From contig CAVXVA010000001.1 of assembly GCA_963765075.1 (NCBI GenBank), positions 549,448 through 613,447 on the forward strand: a stretch of 64,000 nucleotides of DNA. The letters run 5' to 3'. Source of the DNA: an uncultured Acidimicrobiia bacterium (GTDB lineage Bacteria; Actinomycetota; Acidimicrobiia; IMCC26256; JAENVU01). Under the pieces are notes generated by a model that ran no database searches, was not told the DNA's origin, and saw only the letters and a program-made list of their open reading frames with translations. Each line of letters opens with the position of its first letter. Positions within the stretch are counted from its first letter, which is position 1. Positions 48,005 to 57,645 of the stretch are shown one piece after another. The position numbers and the translations under genes are program-made.

Positions 48005-50275
48005 ATGGCTCTCCGTCGGCGGACTGTCGCCTCCGCGCTCCTCGTCCTGGTCGGGCTGGGCGGCCCCCTCAGCCCCGCACTGGCCCGACCGGCTGCGGCG
48101 GCGGACCAACGCCCGGCGGCGGCCCGGAGCCTGTTGATCATCAGCCTCCCCGCCACCGCCTGGATCGATCTGCGCGACGACCGGCCACCGAACCTGACGT
48201 CGATCTTGCGATCGAGCGCGATCGCGAACCTCGCCACCCGATCGGTGCGATCGCGTACCGAACCGGGCGTCGGCTACCTGGCGTTCGGCACCGGGACGCG
48301 CTCATTGGCCGGCGCGGACTCCGCCGGGGAGAACCTCGCGCCCACCGAGACCTTGGCCGGGCAGCGAGCGACCTCGGTGTTCCAGACCCGCACCGGTGAT
48401 CGGATGGTTCGTGGCATCGGCGCGATGAACTGGCCCAGCATCGTGACCCAGAATCTCGACACGTCCTACGAGGCTGAGCCGGGAGCACTGGGCCAGGCTC
48501 TGCGCGACCGTTCGATCGGGCGCCGAGTCATCGCCAACGCCGACGAGCAGGATCGCACCGGCACGGTGTTCCATCGCGAGGCGGCGCTGACGTTGATGGA
48601 CACCACCGGCCGGGTCCCGGGCCGGGTCACGAAGTTGCTCGTCGCCGATCCGGCCGCGCCCTACGGGGTGCGGCTCGATGCCGATGCGGTCATGAACGCG
48701 TTTCCCGCCGACTTCGGCACGCGCCGTCAGGTGGTCATGGTCGAGGCGTCGGACCTCGCGCGCGCCGACTCGATCCGGCCGATGGCCACGCCCGAACAAC
48801 GAAGCGTCCTGCACTCCCAGGCGCTCGCGACCACCGACGCGCTCGTGGGCCGACTCCTCGAGCGGGTCGACCTGACCCGTGACGCGGTGGTCATCGTTGC
48901 GCCGTATCACAGCGGCCGCGTCCGCACCCTGACCGTCGCCGCCATCCACGCGCCCGGAATCGATCCGGGCACCCTGGAATCTGCGACCACGCGCCGCGCC
49001 GGGTTCGTCCAGATCGTGGATCTTGCGCCCACGGTGCTCGATCTGCTGGGTCAGGAACGGCCCGAATCCATGGAAGGTCGACCCGCGCGATTCATTTCCG
49101 ACGACGAGACCTACCGGGACCGGGTGGACTGGCTGGTCCGGCTCGACCGCGCCGCCCAGTTCCGCGACGCGACGATCGGCAAGGCCACGGCCACGCTGGT
49201 CACGACCACGATCGTGCTGGTCGTGATCACCATCCTCGGATTCCAGTGGTACCGCCGGCGGTGGTTCATCGTGGCCATGCGCGCCGCGTCCCTCACGTTC
49301 CTCGCGTGGGTGCTGGCGACGTTCGTGGCGGGCGCGCTGCCGATCTTTCGTTGGGGCACCGGGCCCTATTTCCTCATCGTCACCGCCATCGCGATCGGCA
49401 TTGCGGCCGCGGCCACCGTGCTGGGTCGGGGCCATCCGATCGATCCGATCTTGATCGTCCTCGGGGCCGTCATCGCCCTGCACCTCGGCGATCTCGTGAC
49501 CGGCGCGCACCTCGAGCTCAACACGGTGTTCGGCTATTCACCCACCGTCGGGATCCGGCTCGCCGGCATCGGAAACCCGGGCTCGGCCCAGCTCAGCGCG
49601 GCCGCCTTGCTCTTCGTTGCGCTGCTCCCCGCCCGGGTCTCGGAACGCCGGAACTGGATGGGCCATCTGATCCTGATCGTCACGTTCGTCATCGTGGGTG
49701 CGCCGATGTTCGGGCAGGACTTCGGTGGCGCGCTGACCCTGGGCCCGACGCTCGCCGTGTGGTGGTGGTTGCGTTCGGGCCGGACGGTTCGGGTCCGCAC
49801 CGTCGCGATGATCGTGGGGATCCTCGCCGCGTCCGGGCTGATCGTCGGGCTCGTCGATCTCACCCGACCGTCGAACCAACGCACCCACATCGGGCGGCTC
49901 TTCGAACGGATTGGCGACCACGGGATCGGTGAACTCTTCGGCGTGGTAGGGCGCAAGGCGTCGCTCATGATCGGGACCTTCTCGAACACGGCGTGGGTGT
50001 TGCTCGTGATCAGCGTGCTGGTCTGGCTCGTGCTCGCGAGTCGGCGGAGCGATGTGCTCGAACGGATCCTGACCTGGATTCCGTCACTCCGACCCGGGCT
50101 CATTTGCTTCGCGATCCTGGTCGGGCTCGGTACCGCGTTGAACGACTCGGGGGTCCAGGTCACCGGCATCATGCTCACGACGTTGCTGTGCGTGCTCGTG
50201 GGACTCGGCTCCCACGTGGTCGAGCCGGAGCCGGCTACCGAGGCTGCACCAGAGCTCGCGCGTTCTCCCGCATGA
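48005..50275 (+). CDS. large membrane protein: N-terminal exported alkaline-phosphatase-superfamily-like domain + C-terminal polytopic membrane domain
   Basis: Signal-like MALRRRTVASALLVLVGLGGPLSPALA. LLIISLPATAWIDL, VMVEASDL and QIVDLAPTVLDLLG resemble AP/sulfatase-fold strands. After about residue 385 there are 10 or more hydrophobic segments. The first 570 codons of the 1330-aa track ORF are antisense to the GT-C gene and were rejected. Confidence 0.65.
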   Translation: MALRRRTVASALLVLVGLGGPLSPALARPAAAADQRPAAARSLLIISLPATAWIDLRDDRPPNLTSILRSSAIANLATRSVRSRTEPGVGYLAFGTGTRSLAGADSAGENLAPTETLAGQRATSVFQTRTGDRMVRGIGAMNWPSIVTQNLDTSYEAEPGALGQALRDRSIGRRVIANADEQDRTGTVFHREAALTLMDTTGRVPGRVTKLLVADPAAPYGVRLDADAVMNAFPADFGTRRQVVMVEASDLARADSIRPMATPEQRSVLHSQALATTDALVGRLLERVDLTRDAVVIVAPYHSGRVRTLTVAAIHAPGIDPGTLESATTRRAGFVQIVDLAPTVLDLLGQERPESMEGRPARFISDDETYRDRVDWLVRLDRAAQFRDATIGKATATLVTTTIVLVVITILGFQWYRRRWFIVAMRAASLTFLAWVLATFVAGALPIFRWGTGPYFLIVTAIAIGIAAAATVLGRGHPIDPILIVLGAVIALHLGDLVTGAHLELNTVFGYSPTVGIRLAGIGNPGSAQLSAAALLFVALLPARVSERRNWMGHLILIVTFVIVGAPMFGQDFGGALTLGPTLAVWWWLRSGRTVRVRTVAMIVGILAASGLIVGLVDLTRPSNQRTHIGRLFERIGDHGIGELFGVVGRKASLMIGTFSNTAWVLLVISVLVWLVLASRRSDVLERILTWIPSLRPGLICFAILVGLGTALNDSGVQVTGIMLTTLLCVLVGLGSHVVEPEPATEAAPELARSPA

Positions 50276-51410
50276 TCAGACGGATCTCGGCATCGTCGAA
50301 CCCGGCGAGATCGTTCACGAAAGCCGCCGGATCGGCGAGCCCTTCCGCGTGCGGGTAATCCGAGCCGAACACGATCCGCTCGGCACCGATCGACTCCCGG
50401 AGTTCGATGAGATCGTCCTCGTAGTAGGGCGAGACCCACACGTGATCGCGGAGTTGTTGCACCGGATCCCCGCCCGCGAACGCGCCGGGCGCCTGTTTGA
50501 ACGACTTCGCCATCTTGCGGACGAGCGTCGGCACCCACTCGCTCCCCGACTCGATGGTCGCGACCCGCACCCGCGGGTGGCGGGCGAAGACACCGTGACA
50601 GATCAGCGCAGCGATCGTGTCGTAGATCGGGCGATCGGCCGAGGTGATGTTGGTGAACGGGTGATGACGGAAGGCTTCCATCTCCCCCTGCTCTCCCCAC
50701 TCCTCGGCGTAACGGTGATACCCCGCCTCCCCCGAGTGATACGCGACGAGCGTCCCGGCTTCGGCCAACCGCGCCCAGAACGGGTCATAGACCGAGTCGC
50801 CGGGTGAGCGGAATCCCGACGGGGCCTGCACCGGACCCGCGCGCATCACGATCACGCGTGCACCGCGTTCGAGCACCCAATCGAGTTCGGCGACGGCGCG
50901 GGCGGGATCCAGCAACGTGAAGTAGGGCGCGGCGAAGATCCGATCGGCGTAGTCGAACTGCCAATCGTCGTGGAGCCACTCGTTGAACGCATGGAAGGCG
51001 CGGTGGGCCGCGTCGGGGTCGTGGACCAACGCCTGTTCCATCCCGACCCCCAGCGTCGGGAACATCAAGCACCCTTCCATGTTCTGCGCGTCCATCACCT
51101 CGATGCGGGCGGCGGGATCGCGGTACGCCGGGCTGATGGGATCGAGTTCGCCGAACGCGGCACGAATGTCGTCACCGGCCTGCTGGCCCCGGAAGTACGC
51201 GTCGAGCGCCCCCGGCTTCGCCACGGGATCGAACGTGGGGTTCGGGATGAACCGGTTGATCCGACCGGCCACCATCAGCCGCTGCTTCCCGTTGAGCTCG
51301 GCCCACTGCATGGTCCGTTTGGCCATGGCCGGGTCGATGTGGCGCGTGAAGGCGTCCGTGGCCTCGTAGTAGTGGTTGTCGGCGTCGAAGAGTTGGTAGT
51401 CGAGCGTCAT
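50235..51410 (-). CDS. amidohydrolase family protein (amidohydrolase_2 / ACMSD-like)
   Basis: MTLDYQLFDADNHYYE.. and ..IVFGSDYPHAEG.. motifs. ATG at 51410. The 3' end overlaps the convergent membrane-protein gene by 41 nt. Confidence 0.8.
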   Translation of the reverse strand: MTLDYQLFDADNHYYEATDAFTRHIDPAMAKRTMQWAELNGKQRLMVAGRINRFIPNPTFDPVAKPGALDAYFRGQQAGDDIRAAFGELDPISPAYRDPAARIEVMDAQNMEGCLMFPTLGVGMEQALVHDPDAAHRAFHAFNEWLHDDWQFDYADRIFAAPYFTLLDPARAVAELDWVLERGARVIVMRAGPVQAPSGFRSPGDSVYDPFWARLAEAGTLVAYHSGEAGYHRYAEEWGEQGEMEAFRHHPFTNITSADRPIYDTIAALICHGVFARHPRVRVATIESGSEWVPTLVRKMAKSFKQAPGAFAGGDPVQQLRDHVWVSPYYEDDLIELRESIGAERIVFGSDYPHAEGLADPAAFVNDLAGFDDAEIRLIMRENARALVQPR

Positions 51411-51447
51411 GACGCCGACGGTAGCCCGCACGCTGCCGGGCGCAGCC

Positions 51448-52659
51448 TCAGATGGTGGCGTGGTCGGTGAGCCACGCGAGCATCTCGACGTAGATGTCGA
51501 GGATCCGATCGCCGTAGTGGTCGGCCGTCGCCCAGGTGTGGGTCAAGCCGTTCCAGGTCGGCACTCGGCCCTTCAGGAAGTGGGTATCGAGCTTGGCGTA
51601 CACCGGCGGCGGGTTCAGCTGCGCGTTCTTCAGGTTGGCGTCGGCGTAGACCCGCAGCAGCTGCATCTGCGCCCGCACGCCGACCTGTGCGCTCGGGAAC
51701 CCGCTGCCGGTCGCGCAACTGTCACACGCGTTGATGCCGGCGAAGTTGTTGTCGACCGGCGTCAGCTGGCCACCGTCGGGGAAGTAGAACGCGCCAGTTT
51801 CGAGGATCGATTGGGCAAAGGCGATGTCGCCGCGCACCTGGGCGGCCTGGCCCTCCTCGATGAAGTACTGGGCCAATGTGGCCATCGGCACCGTGATGCG
51901 GGCGCTGCGGCGATGGGTGGCACTGAACCAACTCGCGAGCTCACTCGGCCCGATGATCGAGCGGCTCATGATCGGCGTGTTCACGCCCGCCGCGATCGAT
52001 TGCCAACGCGACAACCAGAACCGCGCCCGAGACACTCCGGCCTGGAGCTCGTTGATCCGGCCCTCCCGCTTCGGGATCTCCGCCTGGAGGGTTTCTCCGA
52101 GTTGATGCAACCGCACGTGCTCGTCGCCGGCATCGCGAGCCGCTCGTTCCGCCTCGCGCCGGACTTTGAGCGCCTGCTTGAGGGCCTTGGTCTGGCGGGC
52201 GCCGACTTCGCTGATGAGCTTCTGGCGGTACCCGAACTCGCTCACCGAACGCGATTCGATCAACGAGGCGACACCCGCGGGCCGGCTTGCACCGCGATAG
52301 AACGCGGCGGCCAACGAAGCCACGTCGTCCCGCGCCCGGCGGGCGTCGCGCTGAGCATCGAGTTCGGCCTGGGCCAAGCGATCGGCCTCCGCCAGCGCGG
52401 CATCTTCGGCGCGGCGGGTCGTGATCAACCGTTGCATCGTGGTTGCCCGGGCCGTGGTCTCCGTCGTGATCTCGGCGGTCCGCGAGTCCACCAGTGCCGA
52501 CAACGAGGTGATGCGTTCGGCGGGACTCCGGCCGGCGGCGGGCGCAACCGGACGCGCCGCCGATGCGACCGGGGTCAGAAGGCCGAGCGCGAGTGCACCT
52601 ACCAGGGCGAACGTCGCGCCGACGGAGCAAGTTCGTCGCACGGGAGCAGTCATCGACAT
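51448..52659 (-). CDS. secreted coiled-coil + glucosaminidase-domain peptidoglycan hydrolase (paralogue of the 44242..45693 catalytic domain)
   Basis: Signal peptide ..ALALGLLTPVASA. An Ala/Arg/Glu-rich coiled-coil of about 200 aa. Then [47 protein letters not shown], closely parallel to [44 protein letters not shown] in the other gene. Confidence 0.75.
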   Translation of the reverse strand: MSMTAPVRRTCSVGATFALVGALALGLLTPVASAARPVAPAAGRSPAERITSLSALVDSRTAEITTETTARATTMQRLITTRRAEDAALAEADRLAQAELDAQRDARRARDDVASLAAAFYRGASRPAGVASLIESRSVSEFGYRQKLISEVGARQTKALKQALKVRREAERAARDAGDEHVRLHQLGETLQAEIPKREGRINELQAGVSRARFWLSRWQSIAAGVNTPIMSRSIIGPSELASWFSATHRRSARITVPMATLAQYFIEEGQAAQVRGDIAFAQSILETGAFYFPDGGQLTPVDNNFAGINACDSCATGSGFPSAQVGVRAQMQLLRVYADANLKNAQLNPPPVYAKLDTHFLKGRVPTWNGLTHTWATADHYGDRILDIYVEMLAWLTDHATI

Positions 52660-52801
52660 GGGGACCAGGGATCTTCACACAGCTGCCTGCTCCGCACCGC
52701 GCGGCTGCAGATTTCCGTTCAAGATCTTCCGGGCATAGTGCCGAAACCTCTCATAGCTCCCCGATCTGTGTATCCGTCATTTCACGCTCACGAGGGCCCT
52801 T

Positions 52802-54136
52802 TTGTTCATCTTCTTCCTGCAATTGCGCGACACGTTTCATGGTGGACGGCTGTACGTCTTCAGCATCCTGGTCGCACTCACCTGGGCCCTGTGGGCGATC
52901 AAAGTCCACCTCTCTCGGAACTACCGACCGTGGGTGGGTGACTACGCGACCACCGCATCGGTGATCATCCCCGTGGTGGACGAACCCGTCGGGCTCTTCC
53001 ACGAAGTGCTCGACCACATCACCGAGCAGTCTCCGCATCAGGTGATCGTGGTGATCAACGGCCCTCGCAACGAGAAGCTCGAGAAGGTCTGCGACAACTA
53101 TCCGGGAGTCCAGTGGATCTGGACGACGACCCCGGGGAAGCGCAATGCCATCCGCGAAGGCCTCGAGGTGTGTACCGGTGAGATCGTCGTCCTCGTCGAC
53201 AGCGACACGATCTGGACGACCGACACGCTCCGCGAACTGGTCAAGCCCTTCGCCGATCCGATCGTCGGCGGGGTCACGACCAATCAACGCATCATCGATC
53301 CGGAGCGCAACGTCCTGACTCGTTGGGCCGACTGGCTCGAGAACGTGCGGGTTCAGTACTCGATGCCGGCGATGAGCGTTCTCGGCCAGGTCGGGTGTCT
53401 GCCCGGTCGCACGATCGCGTTTCGGCATGCGGTGCTCGCCGACGCGATGCCGGCGTTCCTCGGTCAGCGCTTCCTCGGGATCTTCCTCGAGGTCAGCGAC
53501 GACCGGACGTTGACCAACCTCTGCCTCAAGCAGGGGTACCACGCGGTCTACCAATCGACGAGTCGGGTCTACACCGACGCGCCGGTCGGGATGCGCAAGA
53601 TGGCCAAACAACAGATGCGGTGGTCGCGCGGCAGCCAGTACAACACCTTGCGGATGTTGCCCTGGATGATGCGCAACACTCCGACGCTCGCGTTGTTCTA
53701 CGTGGCCGATATCGTGACGCCGTTCCTCTGGCTCGCCACGGTGACGGGCGTGATCGTCCGCCTGCTCCTCGGTGAGAACGTCAACTTCTACGAGGGCATC
53801 ACGTTCGGCTACGGCGCCGTGGTCGGGACCGTGCTCATCGTGACGCTGACGCTGCTGGCCATGTGGCTGTCGGCCTACATCCGCCAGGCCCGCCACTTCG
53901 AGGACCACCCGCAGGACCTGTGGTTGTTGCCCGCGTTCACGTTGCTCAACACGTTCATGCTCATGCCGATCCGCATCTGGGGATTCATGCGGATGGCCCG
54001 CAACGACGGCTGGGGCACCCGGGCCAACGCGTTCAGCGGCGATCGTCAAGCCAAGCGCCGAGTCAACCCGCTCGGCGCCGTTCCGTACATCCTCGGCGCA
54101 AGCCTCTTCCTTGCAGGAGTTGCCTACCATGGCTAG
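52802..54136 (+). CDS. processive family-2 glycosyltransferase, hyaluronan-synthase / NodC / chitin-synthase-like
   Basis: VLVDSDT, VSDDRTLTNLCLKQGYHAVYQSTSRVYTDAP and KQQMRWSRGS run parallel to the class I HAS blocks (DSDT, GDDRxLTN, YQST..C.TDVP, QQxRWxKS). TM segments at both ends. TTG start with GAGGG 5 nt upstream. Confidence 0.8.
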   Translation: MFIFFLQLRDTFHGGRLYVFSILVALTWALWAIKVHLSRNYRPWVGDYATTASVIIPVVDEPVGLFHEVLDHITEQSPHQVIVVINGPRNEKLEKVCDNYPGVQWIWTTTPGKRNAIREGLEVCTGEIVVLVDSDTIWTTDTLRELVKPFADPIVGGVTTNQRIIDPERNVLTRWADWLENVRVQYSMPAMSVLGQVGCLPGRTIAFRHAVLADAMPAFLGQRFLGIFLEVSDDRTLTNLCLKQGYHAVYQSTSRVYTDAPVGMRKMAKQQMRWSRGSQYNTLRMLPWMMRNTPTLALFYVADIVTPFLWLATVTGVIVRLLLGENVNFYEGITFGYGAVVGTVLIVTLTLLAMWLSAYIRQARHFEDHPQDLWLLPAFTLLNTFMLMPIRIWGFMRMARNDGWGTRANAFSGDRQAKRRVNPLGAVPYILGASLFLAGVAYHG

Positions 54137-55658
54137 CCCTCGACAACTCAAGGTGATGGGCACCTTGCTCGCCGGCATCGGGGTCTTCGTCTACACCTCG
54201 CCGGCGGCACCGAACCCCGACACCCTCAGCGCTGCGCCCGTGAGCAGCCGGGTCGGCGCGGGCGAACTCGGTCCGGCTGCGGCGAGCCGCGCCGAGAACG
54301 CGCGCCAGAACGCACGACCCGAGGCGTCAACGAACAAGGACGCGCTCGACGGCGGCAGCACCCGGGCCGATGGTGGGGCCAAGACGACGCCGGCGACCGC
54401 CGTCGCTCGCCCGGGTACGTTGGGCGTCGCGGGGCGACGTGCACCGGCCTCCCGCGCCACGACCACGACGACCGCGCCCGTCGGGGTGACGCCCCCACGG
54501 TGCAGCAGCTTCCGCTGGCAACAAGACGCGCAGGCCGCGTACGTGGCCGACCTGTCCGACCCGTACGGGTTGGACGGGCCGCCCGGCGCATTCGACGACG
54601 ACGGCATCGCTTGCTCGCTCCTCCCGGTCGATCCGGCGCGACCACCGTCGACGCCCTCCGGCGCGAAACCACCCGCGCCACCCAAGCCCGAAGGCCTGCC
54701 CGAAACCCCGACGTTGACCCAGCTGCTCGCGCCGGTCGACAACTACTACGGCGTGTCGACGCCTCAGGCGCCGTACGACTGGAAGGACTTCCAGATCTTC
54801 TCGGCCGCGGCGAAGAAACTGCCGAGCATGGTCGAGTTCTTCCAGGGATGGGACCGGGAGTTCGCGGCCACCGAAATCACCGAGACCTGGCGGCGCGGTG
54901 CCCTGCCACTGATCTCGTGGGAGCCCCGGCCGACGGTGCAGCCGGTCGGCCCCGACAGCGACAACACTGCCGAACCCGGGTACACGCTCGCATCGATCAT
55001 CGACGGCACCCACGACGACTACATCGACCGGTACGCGGTCGCGGTTCGGGACCTGGGTCTCCCGGTGGCCATTCGCTTCGCCCATGAGATGAACGGCAAC
55101 TGGTTCCCGTGGAGCGAAGAACGCAACGGCAACCGTCGCGGCGAGTTCGTGCAGGCGTGGCGCCACGTGCACGACCGGTTCACCACGATCGGCGCCACGA
55201 ATGCCATCTGGGTCTGGAGCCCGAACGTGATCACCGCCCGGCCCGGCGTGCGGCTCGCGCCGCTCTACCCCGGCGACCACTACGTGGACTGGATGGGGAT
55301 GGTCGGCTACTACCGCCGCGTGTATCTCGACGACGCCGGAGGGCCCAAGGCACCGACGTTCGACAACACCTACGGCGGCACGTTGGCCGAGCTCCGGGCG
55401 ACGGCGCTGAAGCCCATCGTGATCACCGAACTCGGAGCCACCGAGGTCGGCGGGAACAAGCCCGCCTGGATTCGCAGCCTGTTCCAAGGTCTCGCCGACA
55501 ACCCGGACGTGATCGGCTTCGTGTGGTTCAACCACAGTGTGAACGGCAACGACTGGCGGATCGAGTCCTCGGTCGCGGCGGCCGGAGCGTTCTCGGACAA
55601 CGTCACCCACCCGAGGTATCGGGAAGGCAAGATCCGGCCACCCAAACCCGGCACCTGA
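54129..55658 (+). CDS. membrane-anchored GH26-like glycoside hydrolase with an Excalibur-type Ca-binding module
   Basis: The ATG overlaps the GT2 stop by 8 nt. TM segment, low-complexity linker, then CSSFRWQQDAQAAYVADLSDPYGLDGPPGAFDDDGIAC (Excalibur-like). Catalytic domain with RFAHEMNGNWFPW and ITELGATE, which are GH26-type acid/base and nucleophile contexts. Confidence 0.7.
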   Translation: MASPRQLKVMGTLLAGIGVFVYTSPAAPNPDTLSAAPVSSRVGAGELGPAAASRAENARQNARPEASTNKDALDGGSTRADGGAKTTPATAVARPGTLGVAGRRAPASRATTTTTAPVGVTPPRCSSFRWQQDAQAAYVADLSDPYGLDGPPGAFDDDGIACSLLPVDPARPPSTPSGAKPPAPPKPEGLPETPTLTQLLAPVDNYYGVSTPQAPYDWKDFQIFSAAAKKLPSMVEFFQGWDREFAATEITETWRRGALPLISWEPRPTVQPVGPDSDNTAEPGYTLASIIDGTHDDYIDRYAVAVRDLGLPVAIRFAHEMNGNWFPWSEERNGNRRGEFVQAWRHVHDRFTTIGATNAIWVWSPNVITARPGVRLAPLYPGDHYVDWMGMVGYYRRVYLDDAGGPKAPTFDNTYGGTLAELRATALKPIVITELGATEVGGNKPAWIRSLFQGLADNPDVIGFVWFNHSVNGNDWRIESSVAAAGAFSDNVTHPRYREGKIRPPKPGT

Positions 55659-55693
55659 TCTCGCGCGCAGGACACCTCTCGTAGTCTCGGGCG

Positions 55694-56842
55694 ATGCGCG
55701 AACGATTCCCCGGCATCCACCGTGACTGGGCTCGCTTCGACGGGCCGGCCGGCACCCAGATGGTCGATACCGCGATCGACGCGATGGCGGAGTTCCTGCG
55801 CTCGGGTGACAACGCGAACGGGCACGGCGTGTTCGCGGCGTCGACAGTGAGTACCGATCTGGTCGCGCGCGCCCGCGCCCGTGTCGGTCGGCTCCTCGGC
55901 GCCGATGCCGAGGGCATCGCGTTCGGCGCCAACATGACGACGCTGACCTTCGCGTTCACCCGGGCCCTTTCCCGCACGCTCGGGCCCGGTGACGAAGTCA
56001 TCGGCACCCGGCTGGATCACGATGCGAACGTCACGCCGTGGGCACTCGCATGCCGGGACGTCGGCGCGGACCACCATCTCGTGTCGTTCGATCCGACCAC
56101 CGGTCGGCTGGATCCCGATGCCGTCATCGACCGCATCGGACCGCGCACGCGGTGGATCGCGATCACGGCCGCATCGAACGCGCTCGGGACCGTGCCCGAC
56201 GTCGCGGCCGTCGTTGCGGGCGCCCACGCGCGCGGCGTTCGGGTCTTCGTCGACGGTGTTCACCTGGTCCCGCACGCCGCGGTCGACCTGGCGACCATGG
56301 GCAGCGACGTCTTCGTCACGTCTCCGTACAAGTGGTACGGACCCCATTCGGGCCTCATGTGGATCGCGCCCGATCTGCGCGACGCGATCGAGCCGTACAA
56401 GGTGCGGCCGGCCTCGGATCAGGCGCCCGAGCGCTGGGAGACCGGCACGCTCTCGTTCGAGAACATCGCGGCCATCGATGCCGCCGCCGGATTCCTCCTC
56501 GACACGGGTCTGGAACGCGTCGCGGCCGTCGAATCCGAACACTTCGCCGTGCTGCTCGAAGGGCTGCTCGCCCACCCGGCGGTCACCGTGCTCGGGCCCC
56601 ACGACCTGGTCGACCGAACGCCGACCGTCTCGTTCACCGTCGCCGGCCACCATCCCGATGCCGTCGCCGCCCACCTGGCCGCCCACCGGATCGCGGTCTG
56701 GAGCGGCAACTACTACGCGGTCGAGACCATGGCGGCGCTGGGTCTTACCGAAACCGGCGCGATCCGGGCGGGACTCTCCCTGTACACCGACGCCGACGAC
56801 GTTGCCCGGCTGCTGGAAGCACTCTCCGTCCTCACCAGCTGA
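55694..56842 (+). CDS. class V aminotransferase, cysteine desulfurase-like protein
   Basis: 382 aa. ..RFDGPAGTQMV.., ..ITAASNALGTVPDV.. and SPYKWYGPH (lysine in the SxYK context). Confidence 0.75.
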   Translation: MRERFPGIHRDWARFDGPAGTQMVDTAIDAMAEFLRSGDNANGHGVFAASTVSTDLVARARARVGRLLGADAEGIAFGANMTTLTFAFTRALSRTLGPGDEVIGTRLDHDANVTPWALACRDVGADHHLVSFDPTTGRLDPDAVIDRIGPRTRWIAITAASNALGTVPDVAAVVAGAHARGVRVFVDGVHLVPHAAVDLATMGSDVFVTSPYKWYGPHSGLMWIAPDLRDAIEPYKVRPASDQAPERWETGTLSFENIAAIDAAAGFLLDTGLERVAAVESEHFAVLLEGLLAHPAVTVLGPHDLVDRTPTVSFTVAGHHPDAVAAHLAAHRIAVWSGNYYAVETMAALGLTETGAIRAGLSLYTDADDVARLLEALSVLTS

Positions 56843-56902
56843 GCGCGCCGCCTGCGGGCCGGTCCGACCGTCGCGGATCGGAATCGGCTAGACACGTCGA
56901 CC

Positions 56903-57637
56903 GTGCCCGCTGTCGCCTGGATCGTCATCAGTGTTCTCACCCTCGCGCTGCTCGGCGCGGCCATCGGTTGGATCCTCAACTCCGGCGCCCGACGCGATCT
57001 CGCTACCGCCCTCGCGACCGAACAGAACGCCCACGCCGAGACCACCAAGACCAGCGAACATCTCGAGACCCGGATGCGCACGCTGCGCAACGAACTCAAC
57101 GAGGCCCACCAGACCAACGCGGAACTGACCCAGCGGATCGGTCGAGGCAACCCTGCCGACGGTCGCGCCCTCGGCCTGTGGGCGTTGGAGCGGCACCGCC
57201 AGGCCCGCGTGGCCGGTACTCCCCTTTTGGGCGTCGCCATCGGACCGGGCATGGAACTCGCCGCCGGTCTGACCGAGGCCATCCGGGTCGAACTCGAAGT
57301 GCTCCGCGAAGACGTCGGGACCCACGGGGAACTCACCGAGGTCGATCTCGGCGACGCCCTGACTCCCACCACCGCACTCGCCGTCCTCCGGGTCGTCCAG
57401 GAACTCGCGGCGGTCTTCGCCAAGCGGGCCGACGAACTCGAGGTGGTCCTCGGCCACGATGCCGACGCGCACCTCGTCACCGTGGCCGCCCTCGGCTGGA
57501 CCGACCCCCCGCCGAACCTCGCGGTGTTCGAGTCGGGCGTGGCCGCGCTCGGCGGCACACTCGAGGTCCAGGCCGATCCGGAGCGCGCCGACACTCTCCT
57601 GGCCATCGTTCGGCTCGATGCACCACCCAACCCCTAG
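56903..57637 (+). CDS. membrane-anchored coiled-coil protein, function unknown
   Basis: GTG start. N-terminal TM VAWIVISVLTLALLGAAIGWIL, a coiled-coil (..TRMRTLRNELNEAHQTNAELTQ..) and a soluble C-terminal domain. Confidence 0.55.
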   Translation: MPAVAWIVISVLTLALLGAAIGWILNSGARRDLATALATEQNAHAETTKTSEHLETRMRTLRNELNEAHQTNAELTQRIGRGNPADGRALGLWALERHRQARVAGTPLLGVAIGPGMELAAGLTEAIRVELEVLREDVGTHGELTEVDLGDALTPTTALAVLRVVQELAAVFAKRADELEVVLGHDADAHLVTVAALGWTDPPPNLAVFESGVAALGGTLEVQADPERADTLLAIVRLDAPPNP

Positions 57638-57645
57638 GAGACGTC

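Noticed and set aside
56903-57637. Possible degenerate histidine-kinase-like ATPase region (..ALAVLRVVQELAAVFAKRADELEVVLGHDADAHLVTVAALGW..) in the membrane coiled-coil protein.
   Set aside because: The resemblance is limited to one helix-strand pattern. No H-box, N-box Asn or G-boxes can be pointed to, so a claim cannot be supported without profile searches.
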